Part shown: positions 57,660 to 64,000 of the stretch, piece by piece
Numbering within the stretch: position 1 is the first letter of the stretch
How the letters are laid out: each line of letters begins with the position of its first letter
From: Candidatus Caldarchaeum sp.
Lineage (GTDB): Archaea; Thermoproteota; Nitrososphaeria_A; Caldarchaeales; Caldarchaeaceae
DNA: 64,000 nt
Reading direction: 5' to 3'
NCBI GenBank assembly: GCA_038896555.1
Contig: JAWACZ010000002.1
Coordinates: forward strand, 13,873-77,872
The notes under the pieces: generated by a model
Told to the model about the DNA's origin: nothing
What the model saw: only the letters and a program-made list of their open reading frames with translations
The model's database searches: none
Translations under genes and position numbers: made by a program

Positions 57660-58244
57660 CTAAACTTTTTTCAACCTGCTTTGATTTAAGTTGTAGCTTT
57701 CGAGAAAATCCAGCCAACTGGGGCTGAGCTTCACTCCAACTGTGGAGCCGGCGAGCAGCTGCTCAGGGCTTCTGACTACACTGGTCAAAGCGTCAACAGA
57801 CAGGACGAACACACCATGTAAGACACGTCTGCCAGCCCCGTAAAGCGACAGCATTAAAGGCATGAAGAATACAAGGTTTTCGCCGGGATAGTTCCCAGCG
57901 ACGTACTCAGCCACAACCTTCGTCCTTTCCACACATCTTACAACAGCTTGATTAAGAGCCTGGCCAGACAAGCGCCTCTTCCACCTTTTGCAGTCGATTA
58001 CTAGACAAAGGCTAGGTGTCGCGGCAACCACATCGACCTGTATTCTTTTTTGTCCGAATTTCAGCCTCAAGTCTCTAACGCACTGGAAGCCAGCCATGCC
58101 GCATGCCGCCGAGACAAACTCCTCCATCTCTCTCCAAGACAAGTTTCTGACGACTTTTTGAGGCTCGGCGCCTCGCGCAACCGAGGACAACGCAGCCGCA
58201 ACTCTTGACGAACCACTAAACCCAGCCTCGTCCTGAGAAGTCAT
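57660..58244 (-). CDS. Restriction-endonuclease-like (Mrr-cat / PD-(D/E)XK) domain protein
   Basis: 'SWREMEEFVSAACGMAGFQCVRD...RIQVDVVAATPSLCLVIDCKRW' fits the Mrr-cat core (D ... D/E-x-K). From memory only. Confidence 0.5.
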   Translation of the reverse strand: MTSQDEAGFSGSSRVAAALSSVARGAEPQKVVRNLSWREMEEFVSAACGMAGFQCVRDLRLKFGQKRIQVDVVAATPSLCLVIDCKRWKRRLSGQALNQAVVRCVERTKVVAEYVAGNYPGENLVFFMPLMLSLYGAGRRVLHGVFVLSVDALTSVVRSPEQLLAGSTVGVKLSPSWLDFLESYNLNQSRLKKV

Positions 58245-58272
58245 GAAATCATCTCGATAAGTTAATCGGTGC

Positions 58273-58279
58273 TTATAAA
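58273..58279 (-). promoter_or_regulatory. TATA-like box for the Mrr-cat-like gene
   Basis: Minus-strand 'tttataa' lies about 32 nt upstream of the start at 58244. Confidence 0.3.
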
Positions 58280-58359
58280 TGATGAGGTACTATTTGGGTA
58301 TGTTCCATGCTATTCGCCGGTGTTAACCTGGGGGCTGGGTTCGTGAATTTTTCGTCAAG

Positions 58360-58369
58360 TTTTTATTAA
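58360..58369 (+). promoter_or_regulatory. TATA-like box for the secretion-ATPase cassette
   Basis: 'tttttattaa' is centred about 29 nt upstream of the ATG at 58394. Confidence 0.35.
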
Positions 58370-58393
58370 GAACCGCGGTGATTTGGGTAGGGT

Positions 58394-59968
58394 ATGGTGC
58401 TGGACCGGCTGCTGACCATCGTGACTGACGTGGCCAACACACTAACTTCGCTCTTTTCGAGTCTAATACGCTTTGCGCTGTCAAGCCCGGTCAACGCAGC
58501 CATCGTCGCAGCCTCCATCGCAGCCATCGTCTTTGTTGGCCAGTTCTTGGTTCGACGGCGTAAGAAGACTGAGGAGAAGCCGGTGGAGGCGGAATTCGGT
58601 CAAGAAGCGGTGGAGGCCTCTGTAATCGACCAATATACCGTCGACGAGGTTATACGGGTGAAGATAGTGAAGATGGACGGGTCGGCTAAATACATTGTTG
58701 AGGAGCCGGCTTTGGACGAAAGACTTGCAGGCATCGTCGCCGACATAGAGCAGGCTTATGTTAAGAAAGGTGTCGAGCCTTCAACAATACTCAAAGATTT
58801 GGACCTTAAGGATGATGAGCTTAAGGCTGTTACCTACCATGTCATCAAGGATTTGAAGGGTAGCTGGAAGCTTGAGCCTTTGGTTCGAGATGAGCAGCTT
58901 GAGGATATAACAGTGACCAAACCTGGACCTGCCTACGTTATACACAGGAGACATCCTGACTTGCTTTGGATTGAGACGAACATCGAGTTCACGGCTGAGG
59001 AGCTGGATAAGCAGGTGAGGCTTCTTGCTGAGAGGAACGGTGCTGAGCTGAGCATTGCAAAGCCTTCAGCCGAGGTTATGACACATGACGGCGACAGGAT
59101 TGCATTAACATATGCGGGAGAGCTTACACCCGGCGCCAGCACAATAACCATCCGCAAGTTTCCACGGTTGCCTTACACAATCCTAGACCTCATCGGAAAC
59201 GGCACAGTCAACCTCATAACCGCGGCATACATCTGGACGATGCTGGAGGCGAAGAAGTTCGTAATCGTGGCTGGGCCGACGGGAAGCGGGAAAACCACGT
59301 TCCTGTCCGCCATGCTCCAGCTCCTACCCTTCAACGCCAAAATCCTTACGCTCGAGGACTATCATCCAGAGATCAATCTTTCTTGGCACAAAAACTGGCA
59401 CAGGTTCGTTACCCGAAGAACACTCGGCGAAACAGCATACAGCCTCGCCGACATACTGCGACTCAGCCTAAGACATAGACCTGACTACACGGTTGTGGGC
59501 GAGGTTAGAGGCTTAGAGGCTAGGGTTATGTTTTCCGCGGCCGCAATAGGCCATGGCATGGCCTCAACAATACATGCCGAAGGTCTCGAAGATGTCTACC
59601 AGAGGCTAACGTCTGTCAGCATGGGAGTTTTACCTGAAGAACTCAGCTTCCTCGACGTCGTTGTGTTGATAAAAGGAACTCCCAGAGGCAGAAGAGTCGT
59701 AGGCGTTTGGGAGGTTGAGAAAGTCGGCAAAGAGCATTTAATATCGTGGTACGACCAGTCGCTGAATAGATTTTTCCCCGAGAACTGGCGGCAGCTGGCC
59801 TTGAACTCGCCAACGCTTGTAAACGATGCACAGCTGAGAAGAAGATACGAGTTGAATGTTGCTATCATTGAAAAACTTCTTGTGCAAAATGCTAAAATGA
59901 GGGCGGAGGAACTTGCAAAAGCAGTTGACCAACAGCGAAGGGCATGGGAAGAAGTTGTCGCAGAGTAG
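58394..59968 (+). CDS. Type II/IV secretion-system (VirB11/FlaI/PilB-like) ATPase with N-terminal transmembrane helix
   Basis: Walker A 'AGPTGSGKTT', 'LTLEDYHPE', 'PDYTVVGEVRG', 'STIHAEG'. N-terminal 'VNAAIVAASIAAIVFVGQFLVRRRKK'. Confidence 0.85.
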   Translation: MVLDRLLTIVTDVANTLTSLFSSLIRFALSSPVNAAIVAASIAAIVFVGQFLVRRRKKTEEKPVEAEFGQEAVEASVIDQYTVDEVIRVKIVKMDGSAKYIVEEPALDERLAGIVADIEQAYVKKGVEPSTILKDLDLKDDELKAVTYHVIKDLKGSWKLEPLVRDEQLEDITVTKPGPAYVIHRRHPDLLWIETNIEFTAEELDKQVRLLAERNGAELSIAKPSAEVMTHDGDRIALTYAGELTPGASTITIRKFPRLPYTILDLIGNGTVNLITAAYIWTMLEAKKFVIVAGPTGSGKTTFLSAMLQLLPFNAKILTLEDYHPEINLSWHKNWHRFVTRRTLGETAYSLADILRLSLRHRPDYTVVGEVRGLEARVMFSAAAIGHGMASTIHAEGLEDVYQRLTSVSMGVLPEELSFLDVVVLIKGTPRGRRVVGVWEVEKVGKEHLISWYDQSLNRFFPENWRQLALNSPTLVNDAQLRRRYELNVAIIEKLLVQNAKMRAEELAKAVDQQRRAWEEVVAE

Positions 59969-60863
59969 CATTTCGCCCGAGGATTTTGAGATCCTCATGC
60001 GTGTTGCCGAGACATTTAGGAAGGGAAAACCATATACTTTTTTCGAAGTTATCCAGCCTTTTAACGAGGTCAGGCTCTCGGCTGATTTGCCAGCAAACAT
60101 GTCAATTCAACAACTTGTGGAAAGACTTGAATTCCTTGTTCACAACAACCTTCTCAGGTCAAGGTTTTCCAGAAAACTATTAAGATGCCCTAAATGCAGC
60201 GGCGCGCTTCTCAACCCGCGGACAGCCTGCACGTCATGCAGGTCTGAAGACATCACAAAATCTCTCATCTTTATGCATAGCTGCGGTGCGGTAATACCTG
60301 AAAACGTCGTCAAAACTTTGGTCGTATGTCCCAAGTGTAGAGATACCCTTGAAAAAAGCTCAAACACCGCGGGTTCCAGGTTTGTCTGCAACACGTGCGG
60401 AAACATCTTCACAGAACCTCTTTACCTTGCGGAATGTTTTTCATGCGGATGGTTCGACGAACTAAAAAATGCTGACCAGATGATTCTCAGAGAATACGAG
60501 CTGACCGACCAAGGTCTTAGCCTAATAGAGTCAGCAGACCCTTTGAAGATGCTTATCAGAAAACTCATCTCAGAGGGGTTTGAAATAAGGGAAAAAGTTG
60601 AGGTTACCGGCTTAAGCGGAACCATACACCTCCTCGACGTTGTAGCAATAAGCAGCGAGAAGTCTGAGACAAGGATTTACACCGTCAAGTACAGGGTTAC
60701 CTCACTTGACATAGTCTCGTGGACAGTCAAAAGGTTTGACATCGAGAAGACAGCCATCCAAGGTGTTGTAGGCCGCGTTCGATGGTTCATTGCTGGAGCG
60801 GACGTGGAGAATGCCGCGTTTAAAACAGGTGAGACATTCGGCATAGAGGTAGAGAAGATTTAG
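59955..60863 (+). CDS. Multi-Zn-ribbon protein with possibly nuclease-fold-like C-terminal domain, unknown function
   Basis: 'CPKC...CTSC', 'CPKC...CNTC', 'CFSC', and C-terminal 'VEVTGLSGTIHLLDVVAIS'. No P-loop. The start is uncertain (TTG 59955, ATG 59913 or ATG 59997). Confidence 0.6.
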   Translation: MSQSSISPEDFEILMRVAETFRKGKPYTFFEVIQPFNEVRLSADLPANMSIQQLVERLEFLVHNNLLRSRFSRKLLRCPKCSGALLNPRTACTSCRSEDITKSLIFMHSCGAVIPENVVKTLVVCPKCRDTLEKSSNTAGSRFVCNTCGNIFTEPLYLAECFSCGWFDELKNADQMILREYELTDQGLSLIESADPLKMLIRKLISEGFEIREKVEVTGLSGTIHLLDVVAISSEKSETRIYTVKYRVTSLDIVSWTVKRFDIEKTAIQGVVGRVRWFIAGADVENAAFKTGETFGIEVEKI

Positions 60864-60874
60864 GTGCTGGCGTC

Positions 60875-62263
60875 ATGCTTGAAACCCAAGCGATAGGTCG
60901 TTTTTTGGTCAGCTTCGTGTCCAGCTACTGGCCTCATATATCGATTGTATCATTCGCCGTAGCGGTTCTTTTGCTTCGACGGAGGATTTCAGACTCTGAG
61001 AAAAAAGCCGCGGCCGAGAGGGAGCAGACGTATTTTCTTGCGATAATGTACATTATCTTGAGAAGCGGCAAGACGGTGGTGCATGCTTTGACGGAGGCGG
61101 CGCATAAGCGAGAAATAATCGCCAAGCTTTCACATGAGGCGGGTTATCTGAAAAGAGTCGGGGAAAAAACAACTCTGGCTGAGGGCTTCAAGAAATACTT
61201 TCACCCGAGCCGTGAGTTCTCTCTGTTGATAGGTTCCTTGGGAGAGGATTTGGAGAGCGGGTTCGGAGTCGTGGAAAAAGTTGAGAAGTATTTGGAACAA
61301 TCGATATCAAGGGAGAGCGAGAGATGGAGAAGGTATGTCGACACCGTGGAAACTCTGGGAGAAGCAATCGTCTCAGTCATACTGCTGGTTCCTTTGATGT
61401 ACGTCGTGGGCGGCATACTGGGAGGTTTTCCCCCCGTTTACGCCGTGTTCATTTCAGTGGGCGCTGCGGCAGTTTTCTATATTATTGCGTCTGCAAGCGA
61501 GCCGATGCATCTGGTTGATATCCCACGCATCATTGTCTACACCTCAATCGCTATCATAGCCGTGTCCGGAGCGCTTTTGTTCATGTTCTTCCTCAACACG
61601 TCATTGGTGATGATTCCGCCGGCCATCGGTCTCTTCCTTCTGGGCTGGGGATTCTACGTACACTTTCGATATATCAAACGTTGTGTCTCAGAAGGAGAAT
61701 CTTCCTTCCTGCTCCTCGACAGCGTGGCGGCAAGGCTTAGGGCGGGATACCCTGTGGGCAAGAGCTTGGAGACGGTTGCCGACCCGCGCTACGCCAGGTA
61801 TGCAAAGGCTCTCGTGAGAGGTATTGAGGTGAAGCCGTTGAACCGGTTCATGAGACTGTCCATCGAAACCGTCAAGCTGGCTCGTTTAGGTGGGTTGGGC
61901 GCGGAAGCCCTTAGCCTGATGGCCCGACTAGCCATAACAATCTACCTTAGCTTCACCAACGCAAGAGCGAGGATGAAGCTTTACGACGCGTTAGCCATCG
62001 CAAGCGGCGCGGCAATCATAGCCGTCTCAAGCTTTGCAATCATGCCGTTCACGTCATTACCGCCTGAAGTTTCAAGTGAAGTTCAAAAGCTTATCATAAC
62101 GCCGTCCCTTGAACCCATACTGCCAAACGCACTCATAGTTTCCTTCAGCCTGGGGGTAGCGGTCTCCAAAACCGAAGACCAGACTGTTGCAGCTGTCTGG
62201 AGGTCTGGCGCAGGGGTGGCAGCTACGCTCGTCGCCTACTCAATCGCCTCGCTCTTTGTCTAG
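60875..62263 (+). CDS. FlaJ/TadC/PilC-like polytopic membrane platform protein (T2SS-F type)
   Basis: 462 aa. Two repeats, each a cytoplasmic helical domain followed by TM helices. Sits in the operon after the secretion ATPase. Confidence 0.7.
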   Translation: MLETQAIGRFLVSFVSSYWPHISIVSFAVAVLLLRRRISDSEKKAAAEREQTYFLAIMYIILRSGKTVVHALTEAAHKREIIAKLSHEAGYLKRVGEKTTLAEGFKKYFHPSREFSLLIGSLGEDLESGFGVVEKVEKYLEQSISRESERWRRYVDTVETLGEAIVSVILLVPLMYVVGGILGGFPPVYAVFISVGAAAVFYIIASASEPMHLVDIPRIIVYTSIAIIAVSGALLFMFFLNTSLVMIPPAIGLFLLGWGFYVHFRYIKRCVSEGESSFLLLDSVAARLRAGYPVGKSLETVADPRYARYAKALVRGIEVKPLNRFMRLSIETVKLARLGGLGAEALSLMARLAITIYLSFTNARARMKLYDALAIASGAAIIAVSSFAIMPFTSLPPEVSSEVQKLIITPSLEPILPNALIVSFSLGVAVSKTEDQTVAAVWRSGAGVAATLVAYSIASLFV

Positions 62264-62317
62264 TGGTTTTCCGTGTTCGTTTAGACAAGGCTACTATAGC
62301 CATCCAAGTTTCGCCTT

Positions 62318-62725
62318 TTAGGGGTAGATTTCGACAGCCGTTTTGGGAATGTGGAGAAGATTGAGAAAGATTTTCAGCCGTCAACCGCACGGGAGAGTTA
62401 AACATGGAGCAGGTACGTGAACACAGTCGAAACCCTCGGCGAAGCAATCGTTTCAATCATACTGCTGGTCCCCCGACTTGAAGCATTCCCACGTTTTACG
62501 TTTCGATGATAACGTGTGGTGGACATCCAACGCCGCATCATCTATTTCTGCACGGCCGCCATCGCAGTATCCGAGGGGTTTCTGCTCGCTTTCTTCCTCA
62601 ACATCTCGCTGAGGTTGGTGTCTTCGCTCTTGCCAAGGCTGTTTACATCCACGGGAGGTATGTTAGACGGGCTGTGGCCGATGGTGAAGCAGCCTTAGGT
62701 GTGGCGACTAGGCTTTGAACTGGCG
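62318..62725 (+). pseudogene. Decayed partial tandem duplicate of the FlaJ/TadC-like gene
   Basis: 62341-62470 aligns colinearly, at an offset of 1080 nt, to 61261-61390. By hand count, 47/60 positions are identical for 62401-62460 vs 61321-61380. In-frame stops at 62399 and 62507, a 75-nt deletion, and a later frameshift. Confidence 0.8.
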
Positions 62726-62783
62726 CATTAATAACCACGCTGTTGGGTATGCTGGATAGCCTCGCTGTTCGTTTAAAAATCTC

Positions 62784-63647
62784 TCAACGCATGTACGACG
62801 CTATCAGCGTGATTTTTCTCTTCTTTCCCTCTTCCTCTGCTGACGGGTGTATCAGGTATCCGAACATGAACTTGTACACTTCCCCGCCGACGCTCACAGC
62901 TACTCTCTCAGCCCATGCGTCAAACGCCTCAACCTCACGCCTGTATATCCTCGACTTGGCCTCGCCGACGATGACTAGTTTCCGGCCGTTTTTCTCCCCT
63001 TCACCGTAAAGGTTTACCTCTATCTCCTCCCCGTTCACGGTTATCCACCTGCGGACGAACTCCTCTGCCATCACTATTCCCTCATGCCTTTGGAGCCAGC
63101 CGGGAACAACCACTTTAGCTATGTCCTCAAGCCCGAAGCCTATAGTCTCGGAGAGGGCGCCCACCTGTTTCGCCAACTCTCTGTGAGCCTGAGTCAGCAG
63201 TGCGACGGCGTCCTGGAGGCGGATCATGGATTCCTCCAGCCTGTTCTGACCTTCTCTTAGGCTTCTGACCTCCTCCCAAAGCCTGTTCTGTCCCTCCCAG
63301 AGCTTGTTCTGATTCTCCCATAGCTTTTCCTGACCTTCTCTAAGGCTTTTCACCTCCTCCCATAGCTTGTTCTCGCCCTCTCTTAGGCTTCTGACCTCCT
63401 CCCATAGCTTTTCCTGACCCTCCCTAAGGCTTCTGATTTCCTCCCATAGTTTTTCTTGGCTTTCCCTGAGGTTTCTGACCTCCTCCCAGAGTTTTATTTG
63501 TTGTTCGTGGAGTTCTGTCATTCTTTGGTCGAGTTTGTCCAGCCTTCTCAGCGTTTCTTCCAGCCCTATGAGTCCTGCTACTGCGTATCGGAATTCTTCG
63601 TCTTCTTTGAGGAGTTTGAGTATTTCTTTCTTTGTCTTTGCCGCCAA
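62784..63647 (-). CDS. Coiled-coil repeat protein with C-terminal PD-(D/E)XK-like domain (DUF3782-like architecture)
   Basis: N-terminus 'LLKEDEEFRYAVAGLIGLEE', 14-aa repeats 'KLWEEVRSLREGQE', C-terminal 'EEIEVNLYGEG...LVIVGEAKSRI'. TTG start. Confidence 0.65.
   Translation of the reverse strand: MAAKTKKEILKLLKEDEEFRYAVAGLIGLEETLRRLDKLDQRMTELHEQQIKLWEEVRNLRESQEKLWEEIRSLREGQEKLWEEVRSLREGENKLWEEVKSLREGQEKLWENQNKLWEGQNRLWEEVRSLREGQNRLEESMIRLQDAVALLTQAHRELAKQVGALSETIGFGLEDIAKVVVPGWLQRHEGIVMAEEFVRRWITVNGEEIEVNLYGEGEKNGRKLVIVGEAKSRIYRREVEAFDAWAERVAVSVGGEVYKFMFGYLIHPSAEEEGKKRKITLIASYMR
63228..63494 (-). repeat. In-frame 42-bp (14-aa) tandem repeat array inside the coiled-coil gene
   Basis: Five full units KLWEE[VI][RK][SN]LRE[GS][QE][EN] plus two 21-bp half units (KLWENQN, KLWEGQN). 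Residues 52-140. Confidence 0.85.
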
Positions 63648-63696
63648 TTTTTCCCGTGTTATTTTTTGGCTGGGTTGGTATAAGTCTTTTTGCTGT

Positions 63697-64000
63697 TTAG
63701 CTGATTGTGTATGTGAGTATTTTGTTGTGGATTGTTCTGGCTATTAGTGTGAGTGTTTGTGGCGGGTTTATAAGTCCTAGGGTTAGGGTTGTGGCTTGAT
63801 TTGGTGGGATTGGGGTGCAGGATGGGTTGCTGTACACCACGCCCATTCCGGCGACGGCTATTTCGACGAAGCATGTCGGGATGAGCCCGTTGTTGTAGAC
63901 TACTAGGGTGCTGGTTGGCCCGTGGTATTCGACGATTACGAGGCTTTCGCTTGCTCTGCGTATGTCGAGGGATGAGAGGCTGAGGATTGTTTGGGACTGG
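63697..64000 (-). CDS. 3' end of a gene running off the window; hypothetical, beta-rich, Thr/Pro/Asn-rich tail. Not in the ORF track
   Basis: The minus-strand frame is open from 63999 to the TAA at 63697-63699: ...LVIVEYHGPTSTLVVYNNGLIPTCFVEIAVAGMGVVYSNPSCTPIPPNQATTLTLGLINPPQTLTLIARTIHNKILTYTIS*. A second frame is also open but is low-complexity. Confidence 0.4.
   Translation of the reverse strand, partial: QSQTILSLSSLDIRRASESLVIVEYHGPTSTLVVYNNGLIPTCFVEIAVAGMGVVYSNPSCTPIPPNQATTLTLGLINPPQTLTLIARTIHNKILTYTIS

Noticed and set aside
58279-58285. C-box-like 'atgatga' in the divergent promoter region, a possible C/D box sRNA.
   Set aside because: No CUGA D or D' box lies within the following roughly 80 nt. 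The motif overlaps a TATA-like box and is more simply read as promoter sequence.
63228-63494. Regular 42-bp repeats that could be mistaken for a CRISPR array.
   Set aside because: The units are contiguous with no spacers and are in frame with a long ORF. They encode a heptad-type coiled coil (KLWEEVRSLREGQE). No cas genes are present in the window.
63778-63790. 'tagggttagggtt', a telomere-like TTAGGG doublet.
   Set aside because: There are only two copies. They lie inside the probable coding tail of the minus-strand gene within a generally G+T-skewed stretch. This is most likely coincidence.
63659-63874. The 71-aa minus-strand ORF from the track (MLRRNSRRRNGRGVQQPILHPNPTKSSHNPNP...).
   Set aside because: It is an extremely low-complexity Asn/Pro/Thr/His/Gln/Arg string. 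The alternative frame over the same DNA gives a more protein-like sequence ending at 63697, so I treat the tracked ORF as the wrong frame.

Overview
All calls come from reading the supplied ORF translations and the DNA by eye. No homology search, structure prediction or RNA covariance model was run.

The window is a densely packed archaeal chromosome segment with a TACK/Crenarchaeota-type gene set. Markers include RadA, Hjc, a Sulfolobus-type OB-fold SSB, class I LysRS, archaeal ApgM, G1P dehydrogenase, geranylgeranyl reductase, two-subunit 2-oxoacid:ferredoxin oxidoreductase, Taw1/Trm5 and ribosomal proteins S4/S11/S25e. G+C is roughly half by eye. Many starts are GTG/TTG, many neighbouring genes overlap by 4 nt, and TATA-like boxes sit about 25-35 nt upstream of start codons, which suggests leaderless transcripts.

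About 75 protein-coding genes are supported. I found no rRNA, tRNA, CRISPR array, transposase or integrase.

Most of the window is housekeeping: central carbon metabolism, molybdopterin synthesis, NAD salvage, translation and lipid synthesis.

The region most worth a second look is 57.6-64.0 kb. It holds a pilin-less cassette made of:
- a secretion/type-IV-pilus-type ATPase that appears to be membrane-anchored,
- a multi-Zn-ribbon protein with a possible nuclease-like C-terminal domain,
- a FlaJ/TadC-type polytopic membrane protein.

This cassette is flanked by two further nuclease-like genes. One is Mrr-cat-like; the other carries a 42-bp in-frame tandem repeat. A decayed partial tandem duplicate of the membrane gene also lies beside it.

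Other points of interest:
- an hjc operon led by an uncharacterised coiled-coil/Zn-ribbon protein plus a small partner,
- an orphan SAM-dependent (DNA) methyltransferase split by a +1 frameshift in a T6 run,
- a MoaD/SAMP-like protein whose di-glycine is followed by two extra residues,
- a structured AT-rich 320-bp intergenic region,
- a tightly coupled NFACT-CBS-Mut7C-AMMECR1 operon.
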